Shown one piece after another: positions 61,701-64,000 of a stretch of DNA of 64,000 bases. Every line of letters starts with the position of its first letter. Position 1 is the stretch's first letter. The notes beneath the pieces were generated by a model. The model did no database searches. It was not told the origin of the DNA and was given only the letters and a program-made list of their open reading frames with translations. A program made the position numbers and the translations under genes. Source of the stretch: Haplodiscus bocki. Taxonomy: Eukaryota. Location: the NCBI GenBank assembly GCA_965655095.1, contig OZ296650.1:108128001-108192000 (forward strand), in the 5' to 3' direction.

Positions 61701-64000
61701 CGAAGAAGCGAAAAAACTATTGCAAAGTTCCCAAAAACTGATTTTTTTATTTGCCGAATGCACCTACTAAAAAAAACTTGATGCATCGAACAGAAAAAAT
61801 AATTTTTATATCTGGACAAATGCTTACAAATATTGAAATTTTTGCGTAAATATTTTATTCAATTAAGAGTTTAGCGATAATACAGAATGAAGTTCACACC
61901 TGAGTTTGCAGAAGCATTGAAAATAAACCTCACGGCAAAACTTCAGAAAAAATTGAATCATTCCAAGTGTACACCAACAAATAAAATATTTCCGTCAAAT
62001 ACGTCACTCTTCAAGTTGTCTTTTCCAATTCATGCCGCTCGCGCATTAGGTTAAGAGATTAGGCAAGTCGCTGCCGGAGCAAATTGAGCGAAATTACACT
62101 GGAGCGAACAGCAATTTCAGCTACGCTTGTCCATCGTGAAGATCAGTGTCAACTTAAGAGTTAAGTACATAAAGTTAAATGGTCAGAAAAACTGACTGTT
62201 ACTGCAGTTGTAAAATTTAAACATGAGAACACGTGAGGTACTTCCTGTCGTTCGCAGCCATAACACAAAAAAAAACGAAAGCTTTGAATTCCAAGATCTT
62301 CGAGCTTTTGGGGGTCGGAGGAGCAGAAGTGCGTCGCTGGCCTCACAAAAAACTGTGAATCAGTCAGACGAAAACTGTATTGCGATTTTATGCCAGACGG
62401 ATCCAAGTACAAAAATGTACCTTCAATCCTCATCTACGGGGGTTCATTGAAGAAATCATAACAGCGCTAAAATCGGCACAACAACCTCCAAAAGCAATCA
62501 TTGTCCTATGATCGATTAACCGCTCAAACCCATGACTCAAAATGGCGACTACTTTACTTTCAATTTCATGACCGAAAACCTTTAAATGGGTGAAACCCTT
62601 ATGTAAATAGTGTGTTTAATGACTCTATATGTCGGACAGGTGACGGCGAAAACTATCAAGATGGCTGCATTTCAGTTTCCGACCGCGCAATTGATGTAGA
62701 TGGGGTTCGTCGAATAACTGTTGCTCAGAAAGAAGAAGGATTCAGAATTAAAGGATGGTGCCGTGCTCCGGAAAAAACGGAAGATAGCGAGCCCGATTAT
62801 GAAATTATGCACTCAGTTTCGTGTCTACGCGAAGGCAAACCTTCTGACGCCAAAACGACCAACTCAACCCTGAAAACACTGAATCCAACGAGTAAACCGA
62901 AAACTATTGACGGTTTCTCAGAAACTTCTACAGGCAAGCAATCTGTTTCTGAGCTGCTAATGTTTGACAAAATTATTCCATACGCTTGTTGAAATTTTGA
63001 CAGATTCGGAAGGTGCGAACACATTTAGGAATTTTTTGTGCTGGAGTTCTTAGGCCAAACAAAAAATTTGCCAGCCAGTTCTACCACCTAAAGTCGAGAT
63101 ATGTGTTAAGCTTCCAGCTTTGGACGTGTAGTGAGTGTTAATGACTACGATAAAATGCACTGTTCAGTAAGTGAAGGCATGGTAATACGGAATACAACCT
63201 GTGTTATGTTGATTTAGGAGTGTAACAAATCGATTGGAAATGGAAGTTCATCAGATCCTTAATAAAACATTTTCCGATAGTCAAAAATGGTATAAATGTG
63301 CTGACAATGCTTTATTCCACCAAAATAATTATAATCGGACAATCAGGTTTCTATCTTCTATATTGCCAAAGTGTCCTAAATTTCGGGTCTCTACGTTCCC
63401 TGGCTTGGAATTATCATGAATGTTTGAGCGAAACGTCAACTATCTGGGACTTTTCAGAGACCTTCAGCTAGACGAATGATTTTTATAGCCAATTCAAAAA
63501 ATTAGCCAGAGCTAAGAATCTTCTGGCCATGTTTTCACTCCTGAGTGCCATCTTTGCATGTAAAAATGTGGGGGGTGTCACAAAAATTCCAGAAACTTCA
63601 TTTTTTCCAGTTAGCGTTCTAGATTTTGCTTCATTTACCGTGATTCTTGGCCACTCTCTAGCTAGAGAAGCTGATAAAATCGGGCTCAATCAAAAATATC
63701 TTTCATTTGATTTCCAAGCAAACAGAGAAATGGGCTTCCATATGATTTTCTTACGCCCGAGTCAATTGCCAAAACAAAAACCTCCGATAAAGACTATGAA
63801 TGCAGAAATAATTCGATTTGAAAAAAGTTTTCAAGCCTACTTTGCCGTTGCGGCTCAATTTTCTTCCAGAACTGGTATTTACAATGGCCGAGGCAAGAAG
63901 GCGTTCATAGAAGCTAATTTAAGAGCGCCAGAAAACGATCGTGACGTATGAGAAATCTATCAGAAGAATCATCGTTCTCAGGAGTGCCACTTTCAACCTT

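Noticed and set aside
63529-63951. 140-aa ATG ORF at the window end
   Set aside because: No recognisable domain or splice signals; cannot be supported.

Overview
AT-rich eukaryotic (invertebrate animal-like) genomic DNA with spliceosomal GT-AG introns; no rRNA, CRISPR or prokaryotic operons. Four apparently intact host genes lie on the minus strand. (1) COA6 (31536-31243). (2) A 111-aa single-TM mitochondrial protein with a COX8-like membrane motif (30266-29931). (3) A 3-exon p24/TMED gamma-type cargo receptor (29398-21104, 229 aa). (4) A 4-exon rhomboid protease RHBDD1/RHBDL4 (15811-996, 321 aa). The ~12.8 kb last intron of RHBDD1 holds a heavily decayed Polinton/Maverick (adintovirus-like) gene cassette: exonuclease-like gene, packaging ATPase, rve integrase, minor capsid, core-like protein, major capsid and protease. 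The cassette is bracketed by two same-orientation AGTAGT-type terminal units that carry tRNA-like Pol III promoters. The right half of the window is a transposon graveyard: a second viral-type fragment with a JmjC-like pseudogene, a possible solo LTR, an internally deleted MULE with a 9-bp TSD, a young near-intact pogo DD35D element with TA TSDs, and a decayed Helitron-like Rep/PIF1 ORF. All family assignments come from manual translation and motif recognition without database searches, and pseudogene boundaries are approximate.
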